NCBI GenBank assembly: GCA_965214835.1
Contig: CBDCCK010000002.1
Coordinates: 2,912,001-2,976,000 of the forward strand
Length of the DNA: 64,000 bases
Source of the DNA: Nitrosopumilaceae archaeon
Lineage (GTDB): Archaea; Thermoproteota; Nitrososphaeria; Nitrososphaerales; Nitrosopumilaceae
Reading direction: 5' to 3'
The position numbers and the translations under genes were made by a program. The number at the start of each line of letters is the position of its first letter. Within the stretch, counting starts at the first letter, position 1. Below, piece by piece: positions 31,308 to 41,673 of this stretch. The notes below the pieces were generated by a model. It was not told the origin of the DNA. It was given only the letters and a program-made list of their open reading frames with translations, and did no database searches.

Positions 31308-31723
31308 TGTTTCACCTCCCTGCTCTTTGATTTTTTTGATACGGGAAGGACGATTATCTGTACCAAATCGCCTTCTCCTAGTCCGAGTGCATCCCTCTCT
31401 GCCTCCGGAATCGAGATGCGGCCATTGCTGCCAATTGTGGTCTTGTATGCACCCCAATTGGCAAAACTTGGCAACACCTGCCCAAGGCTGAACATTCTAT
31501 CCATGGCCTGGCTCTGAAGCGAGGCTACCTTGTCTACAACGTCGCTTTGGGCCTGAGCGGTCTTTTCTGTGATCTCTTTGAGGGTGTCAAGGGGGTTGAA
31601 GGCCTGGTTGTTTCCCATCAATGTAGCAAAATTACGCATGAATTCTGCCTGTGCCTTTCCACTCTTTTGTATCCACTCTTGGAACATTGCTGACGGATCA
31701 TGTTGGTTTTGTTTACCACTCAT
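31304..31723 (-). CDS. AbrB-domain regulator (PhaR-like)
   Basis: C-terminal IGSNGRISIPEAERDALGLGEGDLV AbrB motif; overlaps the phasin start. Confidence 0.8.
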   Translation of the reverse strand: MSGKQNQHDPSAMFQEWIQKSGKAQAEFMRNFATLMGNNQAFNPLDTLKEITEKTAQAQSDVVDKVASLQSQAMDRMFSLGQVLPSFANWGAYKTTIGSNGRISIPEAERDALGLGEGDLVQIIVLPVSKKSKSREVKQ

Positions 31724-31889
31724 TGGTAATTACAGGATCATACTGGTATATAAATCATGCAAGAGTTATGGCGCATGAGGTCACCTGCCCCCGTCAATCA
31801 GGCACAAATTGGCACGTACAATTATGATTTCCATGCCTAGACAACGGGGGACGTGGCCTCGTACGTTATGGTTGCAATCGGTTAGGTTG

Positions 31890-32295
31890 AGCATGTAAAG
31901 ATTAGGGTGGAAAAACAGGCACAAATCCCAGGATGCCGTAGACGCCTCGACCAGTCTGGCCGATGCATCCGCGCCCGCGCATATGCCATGTCCCGATGCA
32001 CGATATCATGGTGCCAGACATTCCCCATACCCTCGGTGGTGCGCAGCCCGTACCGCATGCCCCCCGTATGACTCCCCGCGGTGTCCCCTCTGTCCTGTTG
32101 TTGGCAGGCCCCATGCCCGAATGCCTGACAAAGGCTAACATGTACGGGGCAGTAGTCACAAGCGTGCCGAAGATGCACCCCCATCCCGATGTACTAAGCC
32201 GCTGTTGCCCTTACGCGCAATATCATCTTGGTGCAGTCGTGATCCGGGTACACGTGTTTGGCCTCGCAGAGCATGAGCTGCAGCTGCTTGTAGTA
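31890..32295 (-). pseudogene. Highly degraded IS66-like fragment
   Basis: GPANNRTEGTPRGVIR and TMISCIGTWHMRG parallel 17760-17900. Confidence 0.6.
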
Positions 32296-32341
32296 AGACT
32301 CCTCGGGCAATGCTGCAAACAGGTTTGCTTCAAGGTTAAAG

Positions 32342-32734
32342 TTGTCGACATATGAGTTTGTCTGCGTATCAGCATACAGTTCGACGGGATTGGACTTTGC
32401 AAGCGAAGATGCCTATGTTGACAGTTCGGGGTATGAGGACAGGTCAAACCCGCCCGTTACAATCGAGTGGGAGAAGGAAGATCTTGCAGAGCATATCACA
32501 AAGCAGGGCTATGACCTTTTCGGCGCTCCTGACTCCCACAAGATAAACGAGCCACAGAGCTTTTCCCGTATGCACGAAATGGAGTTCCGCATGGAGCACG
32601 AACAGGTAAAATCTGATCCTGCAAGGATTGTGCTTCATTTTGACAGGGATACAGACGAGGATGGCAGGGCCGAACATGCTAGGAAATACGGAAGTTTTAA
32701 AGCATTGGTATATGACTTGACACATGATGGATGA
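32342..32734 (+). CDS. Hypothetical acidic protein (possibly 5'-truncated)
   Basis: 130-aa ORF, first of three overlapping ORFs. Confidence 0.55.
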   Translation: MSTYEFVCVSAYSSTGLDFASEDAYVDSSGYEDRSNPPVTIEWEKEDLAEHITKQGYDLFGAPDSHKINEPQSFSRMHEMEFRMEHEQVKSDPARIVLHFDRDTDEDGRAEHARKYGSFKALVYDLTHDG

Positions 32735-32936
32735 GAAACAGATACTCAGGGAGCTTGCAGCACAGGGCGGCAATAAGACACGATATTTCAACCACCTGCG
32801 GGGCTGGCTTGATATCGAGGGAACCGCCGAACTGGATGAGTTGTACAGGATTGTGGACGGGGCGCCCGGCAAATGGAATATGACCGAGGATGAATTTAAG
32901 GACAGGGTTATGCGCCTGAGTAGTCATGAAAGATGA
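32724..32936 (+). CDS. Hypothetical protein
   Basis: 70-aa ORF overlapping both neighbours. Confidence 0.55.
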   Translation: MMDEKQILRELAAQGGNKTRYFNHLRGWLDIEGTAELDELYRIVDGAPGKWNMTEDEFKDRVMRLSSHER

Positions 32937-33069
32937 GGAACTAAAAGAATATGACACCGTAATCGAGGAAAAGGACATCGATTATGACAATGGTGACTAT
33001 TACTATACCGGTGATGAGTATGTGGACAAGGACGGCCAGCTCATCTTTGAGCGGTTAGAGGCATATTGA
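32926..33069 (+). CDS. Small very acidic, Tyr-rich protein (47 aa, missing from ORF track)
   Basis: MKDEELKEYDTVIEEKDIDYDNGDYYYTGDEYVDKDGQLIFERLEAY. Confidence 0.45.
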   Translation: MKDEELKEYDTVIEEKDIDYDNGDYYYTGDEYVDKDGQLIFERLEAY

Positions 33070-33134
33070 AATATCTGACATCGCAGCCAATTAAAGAAAA
33101 ACGCCGTTTCCTATAACAAGAAAACCCGTTATTA

Positions 33135-33650
33135 AAGTACGAGGTGCAGCTGTTTGTAGTAAGATCCCTGGTGCAGCCCTTGGATACATGCAACTCGGCA
33201 TCACGCAACGCGTGCGCCCAGCAACTCCGTATATCCCCGTACCCGAGGTGCGACCCGTGCCCGTCGCAGGCCAGCGGCACCTAAAAGCACGGATAGAACT
33301 CGTCGGGTACTGTGCCAGCACACGTCCCTGCCACCGTAAAGTGCACGCAGTCGTGGCCGACTGCAATCCACACGTACGAGGACCCGCTGCCTGCCACCGA
33401 AAGCGGCGTCTCGCATATGCTCGGGAGTTTCATCCGGCCAGATCCAGCCTGATCTGCTCGGCGTGGGGCTACATGACATTTGAGGCAGTCTTGAGTCCGT
33501 CATCCACGGCCGTCTTGCACATGCCGGCTTCAAACGCGCCGGAGACATCATACATGGCCTCCTCTCTTGATCGGCAATCTTCAGATGCGGCCAGACTCAT
33601 GGCGGTGCAGGCGGCCACATACGGATCTGAAGGCAGCCTGGCCTGAGCTG
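33135..33650 (-). pseudogene. Degraded IS66-like fragment
   Basis: PLACDG...IRSCWAHALRDAE; paralog of 17211-17600. Confidence 0.7.
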
Positions 33651-33802
33651 TCTTGGATTTGGAGCCATCCTGTGTGGTACTTTTGGGAAGACTGATCGGT
33701 CAGGCAGACATCTATCTGCAGCTGTGGTTTTTACGCCCAACCCGCAGAGAGGACGTGGCCTCACGGGCGTTTTTGTTCCAAAGAGCGGGGCAGGAATGTG
33801 GC

Positions 33803-34642
33803 CTAACCTTTGGCATTCACATTCTGTTCGTGATCCTCAGGATCGAGTCCTCCAGGGCCCTTTAGGAACCCAAGTACAACCTGGCAGAACCTGTCAGGAT
33901 CCTCCACATATGGCGTATGGCCGCAGAAATCCATCCTAAGGAACCTGCAGTCGCGTATGGAGGAGACAAAGTGTTCTGCATGCTCAATCGGTATAACGGG
34001 ATCCCTCCCACCCCATACAATCAGGGTGGGGGTTTCAATGGATCGCAGCTTTGCCGTTATCATATCGGCATTCTTTAGCCCCAGCAGGGTTGACATGAAG
34101 GCCATTTTGGCATTAGGCATCTGCATTCTTTGAACAAACCCGTCTATGATATGCAGGTCTATCTTCCTAGGTGAGCCCGTCATTTCCTGAAATGCGTTTT
34201 TGGCACCCTCCCGGCTGGGATAAAGGGCGGCCATTATATATGCGTCCAGGGCAGGGGTGGAGGTCTTCATTACGCCTGACGGGGAGACTAGTATCAGCTT
34301 TTCAACGGAGCTTGAATCCCGCGAACAGTATTCGGCGGCAATGTGTCCCCCAAGAGAGGATCCGATCAATGACGGGCCGGCCACCCCGGTACGCTCAAAG
34401 AACCCCTCCAGAAAATCTGCAAAAAAGTCCGGAGTATAGTCTGCAAGAGGCTTGTCGCTGAGGCCAAAGCCAATCAGATCGGGCACGACTACACGGAAAT
34501 GCCTCCTAAGGATCGGAACAACGAACTCCCATCGCTCTGCAGAGGCGCCTAGGCCATGAATCAGGACCAGGGGCGGCCTGTCAGAGGATGAATCAAGGTA
34601 TCGAATTTTGTTCCCATCCACGAGGATGAACCTTTCATCCAA
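33803..34642 (-). CDS. Alpha/beta-fold hydrolase
   Basis: LIHGLG, DLIGFGLS, GSSLGG nucleophile, WGGRD, CGHTP. Confidence 0.92.
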   Translation of the reverse strand: MDERFILVDGNKIRYLDSSSDRPPLVLIHGLGASAERWEFVVPILRRHFRVVVPDLIGFGLSDKPLADYTPDFFADFLEGFFERTGVAGPSLIGSSLGGHIAAEYCSRDSSSVEKLILVSPSGVMKTSTPALDAYIMAALYPSREGAKNAFQEMTGSPRKIDLHIIDGFVQRMQMPNAKMAFMSTLLGLKNADMITAKLRSIETPTLIVWGGRDPVIPIEHAEHFVSSIRDCRFLRMDFCGHTPYVEDPDRFCQVVLGFLKGPGGLDPEDHEQNVNAKG

Positions 34643-34743
34643 CAACCTTGCATCCGCCAAGATGAGTAGATAAATTTTGTCAGCAGATGCGATCACGTGA
34701 AGATCAGGAGTATTCTTTTTAGTAAGACGGGCAAGGGTAAAGT

Positions 34744-35169
34744 ATGGCGGTAAAAAAAATCCTGGTTCCGATGGACGGCTCTACCAACGCATTCAGGGGA
34801 CTGAACATGGCAATCTCTATTGCCGAGCCCGTGGGGGCGTCGATCGTGCTGGTACATGCGATGTACGAACCCGCACGCTCTGAATTCAGGGGGGCCGGCT
34901 CGATTAGCAGTGCCGAGAAAAAGGATATTGAAAAATTCATGAAAAAGGCAGAGGATGCACTCGAGCAGAGGGGCATCCCCTTCAAGTCAAAGGTCGTCTA
35001 TGGAAACACGGGGTATAACATCCTCAAGATGGCGCACTCAAAATCAGAAAAGTTTGATCTGGTGGTGATAGGATCAAGGGGCAGGGGATCAATCAAGGAG
35101 ATGTTTTTTGGGAGCACGTCAAACTACGTGATTCACTCCTCAAAAATTCCAGTACTGGTTGTAAAGTAG
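34744..35169 (+). CDS. Universal stress protein
   Basis: ILVPMDGS, DLVVIGSRGRG, FGSTS...PVLVVK. Confidence 0.93.
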   Translation: MAVKKILVPMDGSTNAFRGLNMAISIAEPVGASIVLVHAMYEPARSEFRGAGSISSAEKKDIEKFMKKAEDALEQRGIPFKSKVVYGNTGYNILKMAHSKSEKFDLVVIGSRGRGSIKEMFFGSTSNYVIHSSKIPVLVVK

Positions 35170-35256
35170 ATCGAGGCAGTCTCCCTCCTGCTCCATGCCC
35201 GGCCATAAAGCAGGTTCAGATTTCTAACCCGGCCGGAGTTTGATGAAAGGCAGGAT

Positions 35257-35712
35257 TCAGCGAATGCCGTTTTTCTCAAAGTATTTCTGGTGGTATTCCT
35301 CGGCATCATAGAAAGGCCGTGCAGGCTTTACCTCGGTGACTATGGGCTTTGAGAATCTTCCAGAATTTTCTAGCTTGTTTTTTGACCGGACGGCCCTTTC
35401 TAATTGATCATCGGAGTGGGCAAAAACTGCAGAGCGGTATTGCCTTCCTATGTCAGGACCCTGCCTGTTCAGCGTGGTAGGATCATGGTTTGTCCAAAAG
35501 ACATCCAGCAGTTTTTCATAGGAGACTCTGTCAGGATCATACTCTACCTGAACTGCCTCTGCATGCCCCGTCAAGTCGGTACAGACCTGCTCGTATGTCG
35601 GACTCTCGATGGTGCCATCGGTGTATCCGACCCTTGTACCGGTGACACCGTCAATTTTTTGAAATATGGCCTCGACATGCCAAAAACATCCGGCTGCAAA
35701 GGTCGCCTTCAT
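35257..35712 (-). CDS. msrA: Peptide-methionine (S)-S-oxide reductase
   Basis: [30 protein letters not shown]. Confidence 0.95.
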   Translation of the reverse strand: MKATFAAGCFWHVEAIFQKIDGVTGTRVGYTDGTIESPTYEQVCTDLTGHAEAVQVEYDPDRVSYEKLLDVFWTNHDPTTLNRQGPDIGRQYRSAVFAHSDDQLERAVRSKNKLENSGRFSKPIVTEVKPARPFYDAEEYHQKYFEKNGIR

Positions 35713-35754
35713 GTATTAGGTACAAGACGATGATTTATAGAATTATCGCTTTAC

Positions 35755-36690
35755 GGTTCTGTGTAATCTTCGATATAGACATGAAATCACGATCTTCTCT
35801 AGATTGGAATTTGTGCATAAACATAGCTCTTGATTAGTGAGGCATTTTGAATGATCGTCTTCCACCTGTTTGTACCGTCCACGTTTATCAGAGCCGATTC
35901 TGCCGGGGTCTGGCCGTTCAGTGCTCCGTGTTTTTTTGTGAAATTATAGTAGGCCCTCATTCCGTCAAGGATTGCAGTGTCGGTCTTCTTGAGGCCCCTG
36001 AACACCTTCTCACGGTCTCCAATCTCGCCGTTGAGCCTCTCCATCTTGTTGTTATTGTCGCGGTCACGCTTGCCTGCCAGGTGAATGTGCTTCACGTGGT
36101 TTGTTCCCTTTCCGAATACCTTCCTTGAGGACTTGGCATAGGCCGGAAGCCCGTCTGTGATGAAGTTCCCGGGATTCTCTCCTGCCTGCTTCTCAGTCAT
36201 GTCCAAGAGGGAATCGGCATTGTGCTGGAACTTGGTTGTTGCCAGATCCGAGGCCAGTCAGTACCGGGTATCGTCGTCCATCGAGGCAAAAAGGTAGCAC
36301 TGCCTGCCGTTTATTTTGACCCACACCTCACCAGCTCGGAACCATGAGCCGACCCTTGGGACTATGCCGCCGAGGCATCCGGCCGCAAGTCTGGAATATT
36401 CGTCAATCCAGTTGCATATGGCCTTAAATGACACGTCGGTTCCCATCATCCCATAGTGATCCACGATATCCCTGACTGACATTCCAGTGTAATGCATCTG
36501 CAAGGCTCCGGTAATGATCCTCTCGTCATACTGCTTTTTCTCGAATTAAGTTTGCAGTAAATCACTTCTTGCAGTCTTGACATTTGAATATCTGCATGGC
36601 TTTGGTTTTGTTCTTTTTCATACCGGGCTTTACGATATTACCCGAATCACAGAGATTGCACATCCTAGGCTCCGACCTTTCCATCATCCT
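35755..36690 (-). pseudogene. IS6-family element, degraded transposase
   Basis: GGTTCTGTGTAATC end; EVWVKING, ASMDDDTRY*, ITDGL, NNKMERLNG; internal stop and frameshifts. Confidence 0.85.
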
Positions 36691-36866
36691 GAATCCAGCT
36701 GATTCTGTACTAGATTGGCCCCATTTGCGTCAGGCCCAGTGCCCGGCCCACACCAGTCCAAAGGTACCGTGGATTGACTGCCGATGCCGGATTGCCAGCA
36801 ACCTCATCATCACTAGCAGATATTGCTGCTTGACAGAATGGACTATCGCCCACAGGAGGCTTTGGC

Positions 36867-37238
36867 TTATCCGACGGGCTCTACGCTCCAAGAGTCATTT
36901 ACCCACAATCCAACTACCCGCACGGGCAGCTTCCAGGAGTCGACTCGCTCCACTGCCTTTTGGATGTGCCCAATATGCTCGTCTCTTGAGACGGGATTTG
37001 CAGCGCACTCGTGGTGTCCTGAGACAAAGACCAGTCTTGACTTGTGCGCGTTGATTGAGATTTCCACCTTGGACTTTAGATGGGACTCTGCATCAGAGGG
37101 ACCAGACAGCATCAGATCACAGCCGGGCTCGGAGATCACATCAACGAACTCAACGCCATGATTTTCCCTGATCCACCCAGAGATCGGAGTCTGAACGCGT
37201 CCGTCTATGCAGTTAATCGATGTGGCAAATACGGCCAT
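36867..37238 (-). CDS. Putative beta-type carbonic anhydrase-like protein
   Basis: NCIDGR and GHHECAAN Zn-ligand motifs. Confidence 0.7.
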   Translation of the reverse strand: MAVFATSINCIDGRVQTPISGWIRENHGVEFVDVISEPGCDLMLSGPSDAESHLKSKVEISINAHKSRLVFVSGHHECAANPVSRDEHIGHIQKAVERVDSWKLPVRVVGLWVNDSWSVEPVG

Positions 37239-37642
37239 TACGCAACACTCGTAAAGATATCGACGACCTTTTTTGCAAGACTCTCAATGTTTACTGTAGG
37301 TTCTGCAGTAACCAAAAGCAGTATATCAGACACGGGGAATGGAAAGCTGATCAGGACCAGCTTGTCACGCCTTGCCGCAAGATAATTAATCGGTCCAAGG
37401 CTTTTGTCATAGTCTTTTCTTATGGATACCTTGGAGACAAACTCTACGAAGGACTGCAGTTTTGACTCGTCATCCTCCAACGGAGGAACCCCCTCACGCT
37501 GTCCTCCGGCAACTATTCTCCCACCGCCGTCAACTATTGCCGCAAATCTGACAGAGTCCTCGCTTTGGATCTGAAGGCACTTTTCTGCATACAGCTTGTA
37601 CTTTGAGTCATCATACATCCTGCCTGTTGTCCTCGTACTCAA
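37238..37642 (-). CDS. Roadblock/profilin-like thaumarchaeal protein (DUF6659-like)
   Basis: VRFAAIVD..GRIVAGG.REG...YDKSLGPINY...RDK. Confidence 0.75.
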   Translation of the reverse strand: MSTRTTGRMYDDSKYKLYAEKCLQIQSEDSVRFAAIVDGGGRIVAGGQREGVPPLEDDESKLQSFVEFVSKVSIRKDYDKSLGPINYLAARRDKLVLISFPFPVSDILLLVTAEPTVNIESLAKKVVDIFTSVA

Positions 37643-37798
37643 AATAAAAACCTAACATCCGAGGCATGCAGCCTTAACGCACATCTGAGACGGTGCAAGG
37701 AAAACGCCAGGTTTTGCACGGATGGAACGATCTCCGGCGGGAGCTCCAGTGCTCCAAGATACGTAGCCATCAGGGTGCAAAAAAGGGGTAAAAGGTGG

Positions 37799-38146
37799 TT
37801 ATGTGAAAGAACGAGTCTTGTTGACGATCTTTTTATGATCAAAGCTGGGACTGGTCGTAACATAGAGCAAGTGGCTTTTACCAGCTGGCAATGTGATACG
37901 CTTTACCTTATCATATTCAGCTATGGCATACTTGCACTTGCCCAGTTTACGAGCTAGTTGCTTTCGTTTTTTCCATTGGCTTGCTGCCATCTTCAAAGAA
38001 GCTTTGCTTTCTGCTGGTGAAAGCCTGTTTTGCGTGGTTTTTCTTCTTGCATGATATACTAGGTTGCCATCCATGTCACAGATAGAAACCACACGAACAC
38101 CGGTGCCTACTTTGAGTAGTTTTTCAGCTGCTGTTGCAACATCCAT
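37799..38146 (-). CDS. Roadblock/profilin-like thaumarchaeal protein (DUF6659-like paralog)
   Basis: VRVVSICDMDG...LGKCKYAIAEYDKVKRITLP; start at MDVATAAE. Confidence 0.75.
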   Translation of the reverse strand: MDVATAAEKLLKVGTGVRVVSICDMDGNLVYHARRKTTQNRLSPAESKASLKMAASQWKKRKQLARKLGKCKYAIAEYDKVKRITLPAGKSHLLYVTTSPSFDHKKIVNKTRSFT

Positions 38147-38514
38147 GCGTTTTTGAGCAAAACAATAGATGATAAAGTTTTCCGCGCTGTAACATAGATG
38201 AATAACCGTGCCTGAACGCGTAAAAACAGCCAGTTTTTCGTACCTAAAATCGGGGTTATGCATCCATGGTAAAACGCCCGCCAGTAACATGGCAACGTTC
38301 CTTTCTTCTTCTGATCCGTGCCTAGTCGGCCGGGCCGTGCTTTATAGCTAACGCTAGCAATACGCACGAGCCAGTCCTGTCGCACCTGCCAGGGTGCGGG
38401 CGGATCATTGGGTGGGTGGGTGGGGGATGGAAGGTGGTAATCCTATGCCGTTCCCGCCAGTTCTGTCACGGCAGGATGTATGTTTTGCTTGCGGCATGTC
38501 ATCGAGTGGTAATC

Positions 38515-39592
38515 CTATGCCGTTCCCGCCAGTTCTGTCACCCTCTTGATCTTCTTGTCGTACAGGGCAGCATTGCGCGATGAATACGCAGTCTTTGTCG
38601 TCAGCATGTGCCAGATTATCCTGAGCATCTTGTTTGCAACATGCGTTATCGCTATGACGTGGTTGTTGCCGTTCCTTTTGCGGACCCTCTCGTAGAACTC
38701 CCTCATCCTGTCGTCGTGCTGTACGGCGACGTTGGCTATCTGGATCATCAGCCAGTTGATCCTGCGGTTTGCATCCTTTTTCATGTGGCCGTGGTACTCG
38801 CGATCCCCCGACTGGTACACCCGGGGACACATGCCGGCCCAGGACACAAGCTGGTTCGGCGATGGAAACCTGGTTATGTCACCGATCTCTGCTATCAGCA
38901 GCATTGCTGCAAAGGTGTCTATTCCCGTCATGCTCAACAGCAGCTTGGCATCCTCGTTCGATCCTGCCTGTCTTCCTATGTCCTCCCCTGCTTGGTCTAT
39001 CTCCTCTGTGACGTGTACAATCCTCCTAGTGCAGCTTGCCAGTATCCTGTCATCGTTTGGCATGTTCAGCCTGGTATCGGAGATCTTCCGTATGGCCTTC
39101 TTGGAGTACATCGTGGATGCATCTATGGCTATATCGTACTTGTCAAGCCAAGCTGTGCAGCCCGTTTATGACTGCGGTCCTCTCCTGTACCATCCGTATC
39201 CTGTACCTCATCAGCTCCCTGACATCCCTCAGCTCTGCTGATGCCACGTAGCATCGTGGTATCATTCCGGCCCTGAGCGTGTCGGCTATCTTCCTTGCGT
39301 CTATCGGGTCGGTCTTTGCGCTGGTCTCTGATACTATCTTCATCTTGAGGGTGTTTGCAAGCAGTATGGGGATATGCTGATCCTCAAACGCCCTGAACGT
39401 CTTTAGCCACATGTTGCCCGTTGACTCGCATGCGGCCTGGCACTTTTTGTACTCTTTTTTCAGTCGTGCAGCAAGCTTTGATGCCTCCTTGTACGTGTTG
39501 TTATACGAGCCCTCCTCTAGCACGTGTCCCTTGGCGTCGATGACGCACACTGCGCATTTTCTCTTTCCAATGTCTATTCCTATGCTTCTCAA
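38515..39592 (-). pseudogene. IS110 DEDD recombinase with one +1 frameshift near 39149
   Basis: GIDIG, CESTG, KTDPIDA, IAEIGDITRF, WAGMCPRVYQSG (catalytic Ser). CTG CAC AGC TTG G CTT GAC AAG shows one extra base. Confidence 0.9.
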
Positions 39593-39624
39593 TCCTTTTC
39601 TTTCACCTCCTTTTGGATATGGTT

Positions 39625-39779
39625 TGACAGATCAGAAGCTGCATTCATCCATCAGTGCGCGTAGCACAGGAACACAGCAGCTCGGATATCCCCATTCAAC
39701 AGGTAGTGCGCGAAGCACATGCATAACGAGGGGTTGATCCATCACCCTGGCTACGGCGGGGGCGTTTTTATCATGTGTT
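39625..39779 (-). ncRNA. Bridge-RNA-like ncRNA of IS110 copy B
   Basis: Two internal loops, each capped by a GTGC..GCAC hairpin; four loop segments match both target flanks and both element ends. Confidence 0.82.
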
Positions 39780-40064
39780 CAACAGGCTACGCGCTGTAAA
39801 AACCTGCAAAAATCTCACCATATTTACGATCTTTTTACTCATCCGTAGATCCATTACGGGGACTTGATCGCCAAATGCAGGGAAAATGACCAAGGCGGTA
39901 CGTGGTGGGCCGATTTGCCCGAGGAGACGCAGGAAGGCATGGAGTGTGAATAGTCCAGCCTCAATAGTTCTGATTGACCCAGTAGCCAGACTCGGCCCGG
40001 ATCGGGGGCTTGCTCGTACTCTTACAGATGCCCTGATGATGCGGGCAGGCATGATGCGTAGTAT

Positions 40065-41111
40065 CTAGCCGAGATAATCGCTCATCTGGCAGATTTTGAT
40101 CTCGCCCCTGCGCAACATGACGCGTATGGACTTTTGCATCTCGCCGACGGTCTGATACAGGCGGCTTGCAGTCGCCTTTTTGACCCCGCGCCACTGCCCC
40201 TCTATCGGGCTCAGCTCCGGCGTGTACGGCGGCAGGAACTTTAGCACCACATCACCATTCCATTCTGCCAGCTGCTCCCCGACCAGTGCGGCCCTGTGAT
40301 ACGATGCGTTGTCGACAAACAGCAGCACCTTGCCGTACTTGCGACGCAGCACCTTGAGAAACCTGATGGACGTGTGCTTGGCCGTTTTGTAAAAGCGGCA
40401 GTCAAGTCCGTTTGCCGACAGGGCACCGATCGAATAGAACCTCTCCTTTGACAGGTTGGACGGCGCAAAGACCGGGCCTTCCCACGGGATACCAGCTGTT
40501 CTTGACGTTCCACCCAAGGATGAACGAGGCCTCGTCCCCTATCATTGCCGTGTGCTCCCTCTTTGAATGGTACCTTACGTGCCACCTAGCTTTTTTTTGA
40601 ACTCTTCTTTCTCGGATTCTGAGGCTGGTTTTGGGTGCTTTGGGCGGGGGGCTTTCTGCATGAAAAGCCCAGGCATGTGCAGTATCTTGCATGCGCTGGA
40701 GACGGCATAGTCTGCCTTGTATTTCTTTTTGATGTGTACCGCAAGCAGCGGTGCGGTCCACACCTCCGACTCGAATCCGCAGCTGCGCGGGCCCGCAACC
40801 AGGTCGGCGCGCACCTGCTTGAGATTCCCTGCGTCCGGCCACATCTTGGTGCCGGGCCTCTTGATGTCGTACCTGCCCTGTATGCCAAGCTGCATGGCCC
40901 ATATCGGCCAGTCACGTATCGTAGAGTACCCCCGGCCGAGCTGCCTGGCTATCTGGCGTATCGAGTCGCCTTTTTTGCGACGCATGTAGGCCATCAGCCT
41001 GGCTGCGGCCTTGGAGTCGGTCTCGTTTTTGTACCTCTCAAAGAGGGACGGGGTCGAGACGTTGGGAAGAAACTTGCCCCCTGTTGGGATCATCGAGTAG
41101 TCTGGTTTCAT
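40065..41111 (-). pseudogene. IS630-family transposase (A8G slippery site at ~40590-40598 plus an extra frameshift)
   Basis: HTH, EFKKK / IGDEASF in the -1 frame, VDNASYH, LPPYTPELSPIE. Confidence 0.85.
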
Positions 41112-41673
41112 GCGTATTGCTTCACTGTATCGTATCTGGGTATTTTGGTGAAAATTTCCTGTCCTTTTTGTGATTGGTTACTGCACATAGTTACTAATCA
41201 ACCAGATCGTAGGGGGTTGCGCCTCCTCACTAGTCAGACATGAAGGTCACAGCTATGGGAGAATTCATGTCCGATTGATCAGGTGCAGGTGGGCCTCATA
41301 CACCAGATCTAGCCACAATCAGAACCACTGCCAGTGTTTTTGGTCAGCGCACCCCTGATCATGCATGCCACACTGATAGGAACCATCATGCCACCCCGCC
41401 TTTGGCAGTCCCACATTCTGCATCCTCGGGGCCGGCGGTGACGTGTTTGTTCTAGTCTGAGAGTCGTGGTAGGCTGGTTAAAATGCCGCTCGTCTTCACG
41501 CGGCGCCTCCCTGCCCAGTACAACTCGGATCGATCCCGCCACATATGCGGGACTCGCGCATCCTGTCGCCCGCGTCGTCCCCCTGCGTCTCTGACATCGT
41601 GGCAGTCCGTGGGGCCGCCGCGCGGCAAGCTGGGATCAACAGCAATATATCTAGTACGGGGTGGACGACATCC

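Larger units (their letters stand above)
38261..39781 (-). mobile_element. IS110-family element (copy B), full length, CA core at both junctions
   Basis: Ends defined by homology with 43616-43988; sub-terminal inverted repeats CATG(G/A)TAAAA(A)CGCCC. Confidence 0.88.
38191..39789. mobile_element. ~80-bp ISH1-type MITE split by the IS110 insertion
   Basis: Flanking direct repeat CGCGCTGT (38183-38190, 39790-39797). Removing IS110 gives right TIR GTTATGCAACAGGCTA (15/16 to 3396-3411); left TIR is degenerate (10/16). Confidence 0.65.

Noticed and set aside
39140-39160. Programmed frameshift in the IS110 recombinase
   Set aside because: No slippery run at the site; it looks like a single-base insertion or sequencing error.
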